A DNA stretch of 64,000 nucleotides, taken from assembly GCA_001643675.2 (NCBI GenBank), contig LSRY02000023.1:62001-126000 (forward strand), given 5' to 3'. Shown piece after piece: positions 8,900-21,269 of this stretch (its first letter is position 1; the number at the start of each line of letters is the position of its first letter). This DNA is from Monocercomonoides exilis PA203 (taxonomy: Eukaryota > Protista > Preaxostyla). The notes beneath the pieces were generated by a model. It ran no database searches and had not been told where the DNA came from. It was given only the letters and a program-made list of their open reading frames with translations. Made by a program: the position numbers and the translations under genes.

Positions 8900-11800
8900 A
8901 ATAAAATAAATATTTTCAAAAACTATTTCTCTCAATCACGAAATGCTTTCATCTGAGCGATTGCTTTCGAAATCAGCCAATTGCTCTGGCGGAGGTTTAT
9001 TTCCTTCCTTTTTGTTGTTTCCTTTTCCATTCAAATAAAGATGCTCAAATTGTTTCCATTTCTTTTGAATAAATACCTCGATTCTTTTTTTTTTTTCTGA
9101 GCAATATGAAAATGCTGTGTTCTTTGCTGCTGATGAAGCAATCACCAAATGCGAATGTCCTCTCTCAAAACGCTTCTTGTTGTCAGTGCAGAAAAGTATT
9201 TTTATTTTTTTTATCTCTTCGCCTTCTTTTTCTCCAGCTTCCTCTTCAATCTCGCCTGGAGCAGCTCGCCGATCTGCTTCGCCATTCCGGAGGCAGAGAA
9301 GGGAAGAGAAGGAATCAGTTGAGAATGAACAGTCATCATCCTCATCAGGATCAGTAATTGCACCCTTTGAATGCCTCTGCGGTGGCAGCGCCATCAATGT
9401 CAGGATGTTTGATGAATAACATCGATAGCTGATTGAGGATTGTTGTATCTGAGGCATCTGGACAGCACATACTGAGGGGTTATGTTGTGAAGAGGCATAA
9501 GATGATGAACGGGGGGTATGTTGCATTCACCCACGATACGATTCCTTTGGTGATGCTTTCAGTTCCGTTGGTAGAGCTGCTTCCTTCGCTTGCAGAGTTC
9601 GTGGGCATAGAGAAGGTGAGCAAGTGGATCTTTCCTTAGAGAGTTGTGAATGCATTCCCGACGATCTACAATCTGCTTGACCCATCGCTGCTGCCATTTG
9701 TGATGGCGAGGAAGGTATCCCTTAAGCAGAAGTCGAGGCCTGTTGTGATGAAGCTGAAGATGAGCGATGGGGTGAGAGATTGCAGGGCGTGAAGTGGGGG
9801 AGATTGAGGAAAAGTCACTGAAGGAGGCGGGGCTGAGGATGGAGGATGTGGTTCTGCAGCCTGATGCGATTGCGCTGGAGGTGTTGGAGGAGAGAGAAGA
9901 GGCAGAGGAGGAAGAAGAAGAAATGTGGTGAAAGGAGGCTGTCCGACAGCATGCAGGGAGTTTATAAAAACAATCGAAGAGAATCAGTGCAAATTTGAAG
10001 ATGCGAGGGTGCTGCTGGTTGTGGATGCGCTTGGGCAGAGGATGGGGATGAGGCAGGCAAGCAACATTCAACAGAAACTGATGTGTGTATAGTTTCGCCA
10101 GCCGATGGCATTCAACAGAAGAATTCAAGAGCAGAAGAAGAAGCAGCAGATGTGTCTTTGGGCATAACTTCAGGTGAAAGTGCAGAAGTGATGAGGAAAG
10201 ATGTGGAGCAGATGAAAATGTCGATGAATGGCTTGGCCATGAATGAGGACCAAGGCAGAAAGAGATGTTCGATTGATTTGGAGATGGAGGAAGAAGAGAA
10301 AGAAGAGGAAGAAGGGCAGATTCTGCATGTGGAATCGCTGCTGAGTGTTTCTGTTGCATCTGAGGTGTTTGAGGCTGGTTGGAGAGAGTGCACACAACAT
10401 CTGCCTGCAATGTCTGCTTGCGAAGGCAGCAACCAAGAACAAATGAGAATGTTTGTTTTTCACGAGACAACTGAGAGAAACAAAGTTCATGCCAACGTTT
10501 GATTCTGTTTGGTTTGCATTTTCCATTTCATCCATCAAACGGGTTTTGTGTTTGATTGCTATTTGAAGATGCTTCAGGGGATGGACTTGGGAAGTTATTC
10601 GCCTTCTCTGAGCATTCGCATCACCCAAACAGCAGCATCAGCATTGCCTCTGAAAACTTCTTTTGCATCGATGCGAATTCTTCGTCTCATATTCCATTCC
10701 CTCTTTGTTTTGCATTTCTTCTTCTTCTTCTTCTTCTTCTTCTTCTTCTTCTTCTTCTTCTTCTTCTTCTTCTTCAATGAAATCATTCACAATTGTGCTC
10801 AACTGACAACTCAATCGGTGTTTCTTCTTTGCCATCATCCACATTCTCTGATATTCGTCTGAAAAAAATAAAAAAAAAACGCGTGAAGGATTTGTCTTGT
10901 GAAGTTCTCAGTCGACAAGCTCTCTTCAAAAAGATTCTCTCAACATTCAAAGCCTTCCTTTTTCATCTCATTCTTCTTCAATCAATCTGGCTTTCCTCTT
11001 TTTCTTTAATCATTCTCCTCTTTTCCCTCTTTCTCTTCTTGTCCCGATTTTATTGCTCAATGATTCTGCCCTGTGGCAATTTCAAATGCAATTCTTCTGC
11101 CTCTTCTTCTTCCTCCATTTGCCTTTATCTTTTGCCATTTCCAGATCTCATTATCCATTCCTGCAAATAGTTTTAAAGAAAAATATTTTTTTCATTTTTT
11201 CAATCATATGTGAATTCGCCAAGCCTGTTCTCCTTTTCTGAGAGCGATTTTCTCATATTCATTTTTCGCAACTTCAATCGACACACCAATAATTATTTGC
11301 CGTTCATTCATCTTCTCCTCATCTTTCACTCCTCCCTTCAAAATGCCTCATCCACCTCCATTCCCGAAGCTCAGTGTCTTCCTTGTGCAGCTCAGCTTCC
11401 TTCTCACCTCCTCCTCAATGCTTGCTGAACCAGATGTTCCATCAGCAGAGGAGGATTAGGAGTTGGAAAGGGCTGTTTGTGAAAGGGCTGTTTGTTTCGG
11501 ATGCTTCTGCTTCATCAACAACAATGCCAGCAGATGCTCTTCCATCATCAGCTTAATGTGCAGCTGGACAACTGCTGCACTTTTGTCTCCTTTCTCTTTT
11601 TCCTCTCTCAGTTTCTCATTGCTCCATTAATCTTCCAGCTCCTTGCTCTTCCATTCTATCTCCTTCCCGATTCTTTTGTTCGGCTTCTCTTCCATTTTGA
11701 ACGGACTCGTGCAGAGAACGGCGGTTGCTCTTCATCGCATGTTTGAATGCACATCACAGAATGCTGATGAAGCACCCTTCTTTCCATCTCTCGCTTTGCC

Positions 11801-14441
11801 ACTGCGATGCACGTGCCTCAACCTGACTGCCTTTGCTGGCTCTGGCTCAGCTGCCCTGCTCCATCCTCTGCGTTTCTTTCGTTCTTTTTCTCTCTCATTT
11901 TCTGCCATCTCCTCATCTTCCTCCTCTCCTCCTCTCCTCCTCTCCTCCTCTCCTCGTCTTCACCTCTTTCCCTGTCTGTCTTCTTGGCTTCAGAGTCTTC
12001 CTCCCGCGCCTGCTTCGTCACCCGATGTCGTTATTCCTTTTTCTCCTCTTTTTGTGGCTTTGCAGATGTTTCCGCGCTGCTTTCGCTGCAGCCCATTTCT
12101 CTTTTCTTTCCTCCCCTTCCGGAATCATGCGTGTATCCGATGCAATGGCAGACATCATCTCCCAAGGCTTCTCTCCATTCATCTTCTTTGCCTCTCTTAT
12201 TCTTTGAACAGACTTCTCTCTCCTTTCTCCCTTCTTTTCATCTCCTGCTCCTCTTTGTTCTTCTTCATTCCCCCATCAATCCCCTTTCCTTTGCCAATCT
12301 GATCAAAGCCTTCTCAACTGTCATTTCTCCTTCTCCTTCTTCTTCTTCCACAGCTGATGATTCAGAAGAAGAAGCAGCTGCTCAATCATCACCTCCTCAC
12401 AATCAATAACCTCTTCCATTTCATCTGCTCGAAGCACTCATTCCTTTTCCTTTTGTCCAAACTCCACTTTCTCTTTCTCTTTCTCTCTTTCTCTTTCTCT
12501 CGCTCTTCTGCTGTCATCCGATTCCAATGAAAAATGTCTAAGGCCACTTTGAATTCCACACATTGATGGAGGACGAGGAATCTTCAGCTCCTTCTGCGCA
12601 GGCGCCTGCTCAATGATTGAGAGAGAGAGAGAAAGAGAGAGAGAAATGAAGAAGAAGATGTTGACATCTATACTGACGATGCTGAAGGTGAAGAAAAAGG
12701 AGAAGTCGAAGGTGCCTCGAAGGTGTCTCGAAGGTGTCTCAGAGGAGATTGAAGAAAGTGTTGATGTGATCGGCGAATAAGGTGAAATGCGAAATGCGAA
12801 AGAAAAAGAAGAAGAAGAAGAAGCGAATGATGGAAATCATGAAGGTGAATGCAAAAGAGGTTGAAACTCTTCTCCTTCATTTCCTCCTTCTTCTCCTTTT
12901 CCTTCTGGCGTCATCGGCGTCGATGCAATGGCTCCTTGGCCAGTCTGTTCCTCTGCGGCAGAAGACCCAACAGAATGGCATTTCTTTTCGCATCTCAAAA
13001 AAAAATAAAAAAAAAAAAAGACACTTTCTGTCGAAGTGGAACAAACTGACATTGACAGCATGATATTCTTCCATTTCTTCTTCCGTCATCATTTCAATCC
13101 TCCCTTTTTCTTTCACTTTTGCCTTTGCATTTCCCATTATCTTCTTCCTCCTCTTTTTCCTCTTCTTCCACTTCATTCTATTTCTTCATCGCAATTTCAT
13201 TTTCTTCTTCAGTTTTCTTCTTCAGTTTTCTTCTTCAGTTTTCTTCTTTCTCAAAAGGTATTTCCCTCAAAACAACTTTCACCCTCATTTTGTTTTCCTT
13301 CCTTTCCTTTATTTCATCTTTCCCTTTTTGCGCAAATAAATATGAATGAAAAATAAATAAATAAATAAATCTTTGCCTTTCCCTCCATTTCTTTTCTCTT
13401 TTCTTTCGCAAGAGCATCTGTTTTCCTCATTTCCTTTCCAAATGCAATTCTTCAAATCTTTTCTCTAATTCCATTTCTTCCTTTCTTTCTTTCTTCCCCT
13501 CCCCTCTTTCATCGTTTCGCTTTCATCTGCTTTTGCCTGCTGATGGAGAAGCAGAAAAAGCAGAAAAAGCAGAAAAAGCAGAAGATAACTCGCAGATCTT
13601 CTTTTCAACAAAAACAATCCTTCAATTCTGCTCCAACCAAATTTCTTCATCTTTCCTTCCTTTCCGCCTCTTCAGCTGCTTTTCCTTCACATAAATAAAT
13701 ATTTCTCCATTCATCATCATCTATTTTTCTTCTTCATTCTGCTTCTCTCGCTGATCTCCCTCAATCTCCTCTCAAAAGCGTTCTTTTCCTCTCCATCGTT
13801 CCATAATCCCCCTTCGCTTTCCCATCAGCTCCTCATCTTTTCCAACAAAAACTCATTCTTCCAAACTCCCCTTTTTTCTCAAAGCCCAATCCAAAACCAA
13901 TCCATTCCCTCAAAAATAAACCCTTTCACTTTGGCTGGCTGAGAATGAGTAGAAAAGACGAAGCGAACGAATCCACAACATTGATGCAATTGGCTGAAAC
14001 GTTCAATCGAAAATGTCTTTCTTTGCCTTTTCCCCTTCCATCCTTCAATATTTCCCTTTTCACTCACATTCAAAATGCAGAAGACGACGACGAAGAAGAA
14101 GAAGAAGAAGAAGAAGAAGAAGAAATTCTGTTTTGAAATTCTCATGCTTTCTTTGATGATGATGTTAATGTTGATGATGTTGGCAGAAGAACAAGAAGGA
14201 GAAGAGTGAAGAAATATCAGGATGTGGGGTGTTTCATATTTGTTGACGGTTTGTCGAGAAGAATTTTGAATGAGAAACATGTTTTTGGAAAATGGTGATG
14301 AAGAAGGTGAATGACGATGATTTTGGCTGAAAGAGATCGAGTTCAAGAGAGATGAACAATGAATGAGAAATCAACAGCAGCATTGTCATACGAATGAAGC
14401 GTTGAAGAAAAGCAGGAAAACAATTGGAAAAAGAAAGAAAC

Positions 14442-14476
<35 letters not shown>

Positions 14477-15700
14477 AAGAAAAGAAAATACTGTGAAACT
14501 TGATGAAGGAGAACCAATTAAAGAAGAAGGAGAAGAAAGGGTAGAGGAAGGGAAGATATCAGCTTTTCCAGGTCATGTTGTGAAACTGAAAAAAAAAAAA
14601 AACTGAATGTGTTCTGAATGTGAATGCTCAGCCAGCTCATCAGCTCTGATGAAAGAGTCACTTCTCCCAAACACTCTCAACAATCGCGCCAAGCAAACTG
14701 CTTTCCCCTTTCAAACTCATGTCAAGCATTGTCAGGCTATGCATCATACAAAATAGATGGCAGAAGTCACAACTGTCATCGTTGAGTGCAATCCAAACAA
14801 TAGACAACCTCAAAACTCCTGGCTCTTTTGTTTAAAAAACGATAAAAACGCTTCTTTCTATGGCATTTCTGTTCGTGGCCAATCTTCATTCATTCAAAAA
14901 CACCTTTAAAGAAAAATGAATGAAACAAAAAAAGTCAAACCATCTTTTTGGCACTGAAATATTTTCCCATCTCCAATGGATTGATAATTGTCAACCCAAT
15001 TAGCTTTCTTGTTCTCCAAAATTGCCTCTTGCCACATAAAAATTCAGACAACAAGACAATAAACGGCTGGCATAGAACTTGATTGAAATCAGAGAATCCC
15101 TTGTGAAGCTGGCCATGATTCCAAATGAAATAACACATTCTACAGATTAACAAGAAAATAACCCCCCTTCAAGACTAATTCAACGTCATGTCTTTGCCGA
15201 CGGAATTCCATCACGTTTCGTGTAAAATGCAAATTCAATTGTTAATAAGGCCTGCTGAGTGTCTCGCTCTGCTCGCTTCCTCCATTGTTCAATCCCCCCA
15301 ACTCCCTTTCCTCTTCAAAAAAACAAATCTTGCATAATAGTTATGCCAAGCGCACTGCGGTTCCCTCAAAATGAACAAGCAGTTCAATTCAATCTTTTCG
15401 ATATTCTGCTCACTTTTTCTGCATCTTGCTTGAATTATTTTTCATTTAAAATATCACAGCCGACGTTGCATCATATGTTTTGTAATATATAACCAAGTTC
15501 AAATCCCATGCAATTTCTTCCGCCAATTCACTTTTCGCAAGCAATCGATGCAAACAGCCACTCGCTCCTCCATCTGCAAGCAAAATCCCTGCCCTTCAGC
15601 AGTGCTATAACTCGCGTGGGTGCATCTGTGGTTGTGCGCACAAGCATCTCAAACATGCCCTTATTGCAGACAATCACCAATAAAAATTCTTCATTTATAA
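8900..15700. pseudogene. Mosaic of decayed gene-like fragments in alternating orientation (mirrored at ~20010-26830)
   Basis: Codon-like Glu/Lys-rich text is interrupted by stops and frameshifts (e.g. the frame at 9433 continues plausibly past TAG 9637). Purine/pyrimidine skew flips several times, and intron-like GT..AG AT-rich segments occur at 14.6-15.7 kb on the minus strand. No product recognised. Confidence 0.45.
10716..10775 (+). repeat. (TTC)20 microsatellite
   Basis: Direct count. The mirrored copy is (GAA)24 at 24941-25012. Confidence 0.9.
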
Positions 15701-15788
15701 AATTATAGGTTATTTACCCTTATTTATTTGCTCAAAAACAAGATTATTTTATTTCATCGATTTGCTTGTTTTGAGACAAAAATCACAA

Positions 15789-17399
15789 ATGCTATATGAA
15801 AATGCATTGACCACAGTATTATTAGATTTTTGACTTGGTGTTTTTAATTCTTTTGATTCTATTGCACCACAAATATTTCGAAAATGAATTCATTTGTTGT
15901 TTTTGATTCACTTTATGATGTCACAGAGACCTTCAGATGAACAAACGTTTTAGGGTATGCAAAATTTTATAAGAAATGAATGGTTTAATGAATAAATGTG
16001 TTCTTTTTATTCTTTGTATTTCACAATTTTTTTAAGAGAAACTTTCACAGATGGAACAATTCACTGAAGCAGAGCAGAAGCAAAAAATTGAAGAAATGAA
16101 TGAAATAGTTGATGGAATGAATAAAGAAGAATTCGAATCCGTTTTCAACACAGAATTGTTTGATAAAATATTCAAAATGATTGAAGAAAAGAAAATGACA
16201 ATGGAAAATGCACTTTTGCTGCTGAAGCATGCTGGATATTGCAAAGTTCTTTTGAACTTGTGGAGTTGTGGCTTTTATAATTCCTTGTTACGCGGAAGAT
16301 TTGAGAAAATGATAGTTGATGAAGATGAGAAAATAGAAAAGAACGAAAAGCTTTTGGCTGATCTTTGCGAATGCAATCTTTGTTTCAGCTTCGTATTATC
16401 ATTGAAGTTGATATCAATTTGTGTGCCTTGTCTTTTGAAAGTTGCCTCGAAGAAAGAGGAAAACAAGGAGACTCAGAAAGAAGCGGAATTTGCGTTGTAT
16501 TCTCTGAGCAATATTGGAATGTGGGGGGTTTGATTTGTTTGTTTGTTTGTTGATTGTTTTACTTCGTTTTTTGATGAATTCACATTTTTTTAAAAAATAA
16601 GTCAATAGGAAAAAAACTATATTTGAATGAAATCAAAGAAATCATAACACATCACCAAAAGCATCACAACCTTACACGGCTTGAGTATCAATTGGCTTGG
16701 AAGTTTTTGATAGACAGATACCATTTTGAAAGAAGTTTGGAAGATCTGATCGTGAATGAATTGCATTTCGCGAGAGAAGCAGCAAAAGAGTTGGATGAAC
16801 TGAGAGAAAGTGTGGATTGGAAGGAAAGAAAATTTGAAACAAGAAATTTGAAAGAAATAAAAATAATAGAAAGTTGGATCATTATGTTGCGTGGCTGTTA
16901 TTATTACAGCTGGTTTTTTCCAAAAGAAGAATCCAAAAAACTGACAATTAGTGTTGCTAATTTGTGCAGAGCAGCTAAGAAAAACTACAGAAAGACATAT
17001 AAGGAATGCATTTATTATTTTTTTAGACACTTGATTGATAAAGCAGAACATGTTGATTACTTGCGTGAAGAGGTCATTGACTTCCTTCTGGGGGAACTGC
17101 ATCAGCCAACAATTGATAATGAAGTTACAGGATACAGCGAGAATATATTTAGAAAACTTTCAGAAATATTGAAGAGTGAAAAGGAAAAGGTGAATGGAGT
17201 GTTTTCATTTGTTTGGATTGCCTGGAACAAGCTGAATGGAAAGGCAAAGCAAAAAATGATGTTTCAAAGAAAGATGTTTGAGAAGATGGAAGAAGATGGA
17301 TATGAAGACATTGTCGTCAGTTTCTATAGACTTGCTTTGAGAAGATATTTAAATTTGAAATTAATAAGCGATTTCGAGGATTTTTTCATCTCTCGTTAA
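15789..17399 (+). pseudogene. Spacer gene L: helical (ARM/HEAT-like?) hypothetical family protein with an in-frame TAG in predicted exon 2; join(15789..15815,15927..15954,16037..16527,16602..17399)
   Basis: Paralogous to spacer gene R (EQK.KIEEM, MIEEKK..MEN.L.LLKH, ICVPCLLKVASKKEEN.ETQ.E.E.AL, LNEIKEII.HH, EKMEE.GYED). Intron phases are consistent with R. Exon 2 is 28 nt in both copies but has TAG at 15951-15953 here. It could instead be translated from ATG 16051. Confidence 0.7.
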
Positions 17400-18382
17400 A
17401 AATCAAAAATTTATAATTGCAAAAGATAGCTTCACAATCTGCTACAGCATTCATCATTTTTTCTTTTTCACATATTTTTTCATCTCTTTGTTACAATTAT
17501 TTTTTATATCTGTTTTGTGTTCGTTTTCTTCAATTTTCAAATAACCCCCATTTTTATTTTGAAGTTGAATAGTTTCTAGAAACCTCTTCCTTCTTCTTCA
17601 CAATCATCCTCTTTTTCCAATTAAGCCTTCATCTTTGTGTTTGATGACTGTTTGCCTATCTTTTTTGTGATTTCTCTCGATCCTCCTTTGTCATCTCATT
17701 TTCTTCATGTTCGATTCTCTTCCTAATTTTTTTTTTGCCTTCAATTCTTTTTTTAATTTGAACTTGGCCTGATATGATCGTTGCTACAATTTCTATTGCT
17801 CTTTTTCTCCATTCGTCTTCTTCTGATTGTTATCATTCCTCAAGCACTTCATTTATTGTAATTCCTCTTTTACCCTCCTCGTTCTAACATCGCTTTTATT
17901 TGATCCGAGTTGATTTTTTGTGTTTGAAATTTTCAAAACGAATATTAGTTTTCGAACGCAATTATGAGAAAAGCCAGCAAATCAAATGACCTTGATGCTT
18001 TTCTTATGAATTGTGTGTGTTTAAAGAATGCTTTTGTTTCTGTCATTTTCATTTGAAACGTTTTCAAAATTCAAATCTTTGTTGAACAAACATTAATTAG
18101 CAACAGAATTGCTTTGACTATTTAAAAAAAGTAAAGAAGTTTGATTTGAAGCAATAAAATGAAATCAAAAAAAAAATCTTGTGGTTTATGCACTCTAAAA
18201 TGAAAAATAACTCACTGTCTCTCTTTCTCTCTCTCTCTCTCTTTTTTTTTTTTTAGTTCTTCATTGCATTTTAAAGCTTTGAAAAATAGTCTTTTCGGCA
18301 AAATAACTCAATTGTTTTCTTTTTTGTGTAATGATAAAAATAGAAAAATGTAATTTTTGATTCATTAAATCAAAACAATTCC

Positions 18383-19921
18383 TCAAGCATTTACGAAATA
18401 ATCAGAAATATACAACGATAAAAAACGATAGTATTTTTTATTAAGAAAATCAAATATTCCATGAAAGCAAGTGATAGTATCTTCGTATCCTTCTTCTTCC
18501 ATCTTTTCGTGTATCGCCATTTTCGTTGTCTTTCTTTTCGCTTCCTCATTTTCATCATCCATTGATTTTAATCGCCTCGACATATCCAAAAAGCATTTCA
18601 TATAGCTCTCCAAAAAATAGTCATCCAATGTCTGTCGCTGAATCTCCTCCAAAATGATATTAAAAGCTCCACATTTCAGCAAGTCAGCAATTCCCATGTT
18701 TTTCTTTTCGATTGTTTTTCTTAATAATTCTATGCATTGATAGCTAATTTCTCTGTAATTCTTCATCGCATCTCGGAATATCTGAACAATGTTGCTGATC
18801 ATCTCAGAACATTCTTCATTCCACAATTTGCATTTATCCAAGAAAATGTCAAATGTCTCAAGCCATTTCATCAAAAGAAAATCTTCTTCTGTTTCTATTT
18901 TCTCGTTTTTAATCGTCCAATCCACATATTTTGTCAGTTCATTTAGCTGTTTTTTAGCCTCTCTCGCAAAATGCAATTCATTTACAATCACATCTTCCAA
19001 ACTTCTTTCACAACAGCATCTGTTGATCAAAAACCACCAAGCCAATTGATATGCAAGATGAGAAAGGTGATAATGCAGCTGATGGTGTTGAATAATCTCT
19101 TTTATTTCATTCAAGAAAAGATCTTTTTTCAATTTCTATTTCAGAAGAAAACTAAGACTTACAAGAAAAGCAAAATTAGACAAAATATTATCAAACCTCC
19201 AAGAACCTAATGTTGCTCAAAGCCAGTAAAGCCATTTCCACCTCATTTTGAGTTTCCTCGTTTTCCTCTTTCTTCGATGCAACTTTCAGAAGGCAAGGAA
19301 TGCAAATCGAAAGCAATTCTGAAGAAAACCACTTGTTAAGAAAAAGATAACATTCGCAAAGATCAATCATCAGCTTTTCATTCTTTTCTTCTTTTTTCTG
19401 TTCTTCTTCAAGAATCATCTTCTCAAGTCTTTCGTTTAATGAAGATGTTTCAAAGCTCCCACTCCACAGGCCCATCAGCGTTTTGTTATATTCAACATGC
19501 TTCAGCAAGACGAGTACATTCTCCATCAAAAGTTTCTTTTCTTCAATCATTTTGTTAATAATGTTATATGTTTCAACATTGAAAACAGAAACCAATTTAA
19601 CTTCACTCATTTTATAAACAAATTCTTTCATTTCTTCGATTTTCCGCTTCTGCTCAACGTCTGTGCATTTTTCCAATTGCAGCAGTTTTTCTGAAAAATT
19701 AAAAAATAAAACAATTAATCATCCGAGCAATCGTTTTCTCATAACATAGACATACCAAGAAATATTTGTTTCGTTGATTGTAACTGCAAAATGACAAAAT
19801 GAATCAAAAACAACAAATGAATTCATTTTCGAAATATTTGTGGTGCAATAGAATCAAAAGAATTAAAAACACCAAGTCAAAAATCTAATAATACTGTGGT
19901 CAATGCATTTTCATATAGCAT
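18383..19921 (-). CDS. Spacer gene R: hypothetical family protein (~433 aa); complement(join(18383..19135,19197..19690,19756..19783,19895..19921))
   Basis: Two large ORFs are joined in phase 0 by a 61-nt GTTTGA..TAG intron. Upstream micro-exons are predicted from GT/AG sites with compatible phases and give an open frame. Exons 1-2 are less certain. Confidence 0.75.
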
Positions 19922-21234
19922 TTGTGATTTTTGTCTCAAAACAAGCAAATCGATGAAATAAAATAATCTTGTTTTTGAGCAAATAAATAAGGGTAAATAA
20001 CCTATAATTTTATAAATGAAGAATTTTTATTGGTGATTGTCTGCAATAAGGGCATGTTTGAGATGCTTGTGCGCACAACCACAGATGCACCCACGCGAGT
20101 TATAGCACTGCTGAAGGGCAGGGATTTTGCTTGCAGATGGAGGAGCGAGTGGCTGTTTGCATCGATTGCTTGCGAAAAGTGAATTGGCGGAAGAAATTGC
20201 ATGGGATTTGAACTTGGTTATATATTACAAAACATATGATGCAACGTCGGCTGTGATATTTTAAATGAAAAATAATTCAAGCAAGATGCAGAAAAAGTGA
20301 GCAGAATATCGAAAAGATTGAATTGAACTGCTTGTTCATTTTGAGGGAACCGCAGTGCGCTTGGCATAACTATTATGCAAGATTTGTTTTTTTGAAGAGG
20401 AAAGGGAGTTGGGGGGATTGAACAATGGAGGAAGCGAGCAGAGCGAGACACTCAGCAGGCCTTATTAACAATTGAATTTGCATTTTACACGAAACGTGAT
20501 GGAATTCCGTCGGCAAAGACATGACGTTGAATTAGTCTTGAAGGGGGGTTATTTTCTTGTTAATCTGTAGAATGTGTTATTTCATTTGGAATCATGGCCA
20601 GCTTCACAAGGGATTCTCTGATTTCAATCAAGTTCTATGCCAGCCGTTTATTGTCTTGTTGTCTGAATTTTTATGTGGCAAGAGGCAATTTTGGAGAACA
20701 AGAAAGCTAATTGGGTTGACAATTATCAATCCATTGGAGATGGGAAAATATTTCAGTGCCAAAAAGATGGTTTGACTTTTTTTGTTTCATTCATTTTTCT
20801 TTAAAGGTGTTTTTTGAATGAATGAAGATTGGCCACGAACAGAAATGCCATAGAAAGAAGCGTTTTTATCGTTTTTTAAACAAAAGAGCCAGGAGTTTTG
20901 AGGTTGTCTATTGTTTGGATTGCACTCAACGATGACAGTTGTGACTTCTGCCATCTATTTTGTATGATGCATAGCCTGACAATGCTTGACATGAGTTTGA
21001 AAGGGGAAAGCAGTTTGCTTGGCGCGATTGTTGAGAGTGTTTGGGAGAAGTGACTCTTTCATCAGAGCTGATGAGCTGGCTGAGCATTCACATTCAGAAC
21101 ACATTCAGTTTTTTTTTTTTTTCAGTTTCACAACATGACCTGGAAAAGCTGATATCTTCCCTTCCTCTACCCTTTCTTCTCCTTCTTCTTTAATTGGTTC
21201 TCCTTCATCAAGTTTCACAGTATTTTCTTTTCTT

Positions 21235-21269
<35 letters not shown>

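Larger units (their letters stand above)
1..15910 (+). repeat. Left arm of a ~35.7-kb inverted repeat (palindrome)
   Basis: Reverse complement of 19800-35740, with mirrored ORF pairs throughout (e.g. 143-343/35398-35598, 15508-15708/20002-20202). Identity stops at ttttgattca (15901-15910). The arm may extend left of the window. Confidence 0.97.

Noticed and set aside
9433-9639. GYVVKRHKMMNGGYVAF resembles the RNA polymerase largest-subunit motif preceding NRQPSLH
   Set aside because: The invariant NRQP(S/T)LH and flanking motifs are absent; likely coincidence.
17570-17900. Purine-rich minus-strand coding-like remnant in the centre of the spacer
   Set aside because: Too short and stop-ridden to assign to any family by eye.
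20120-20215. LLADGGA..WDLN resembles thiamine pyrophosphokinase motifs
   Set aside because: Short match, upstream in-frame stop, and no further TPK motifs.
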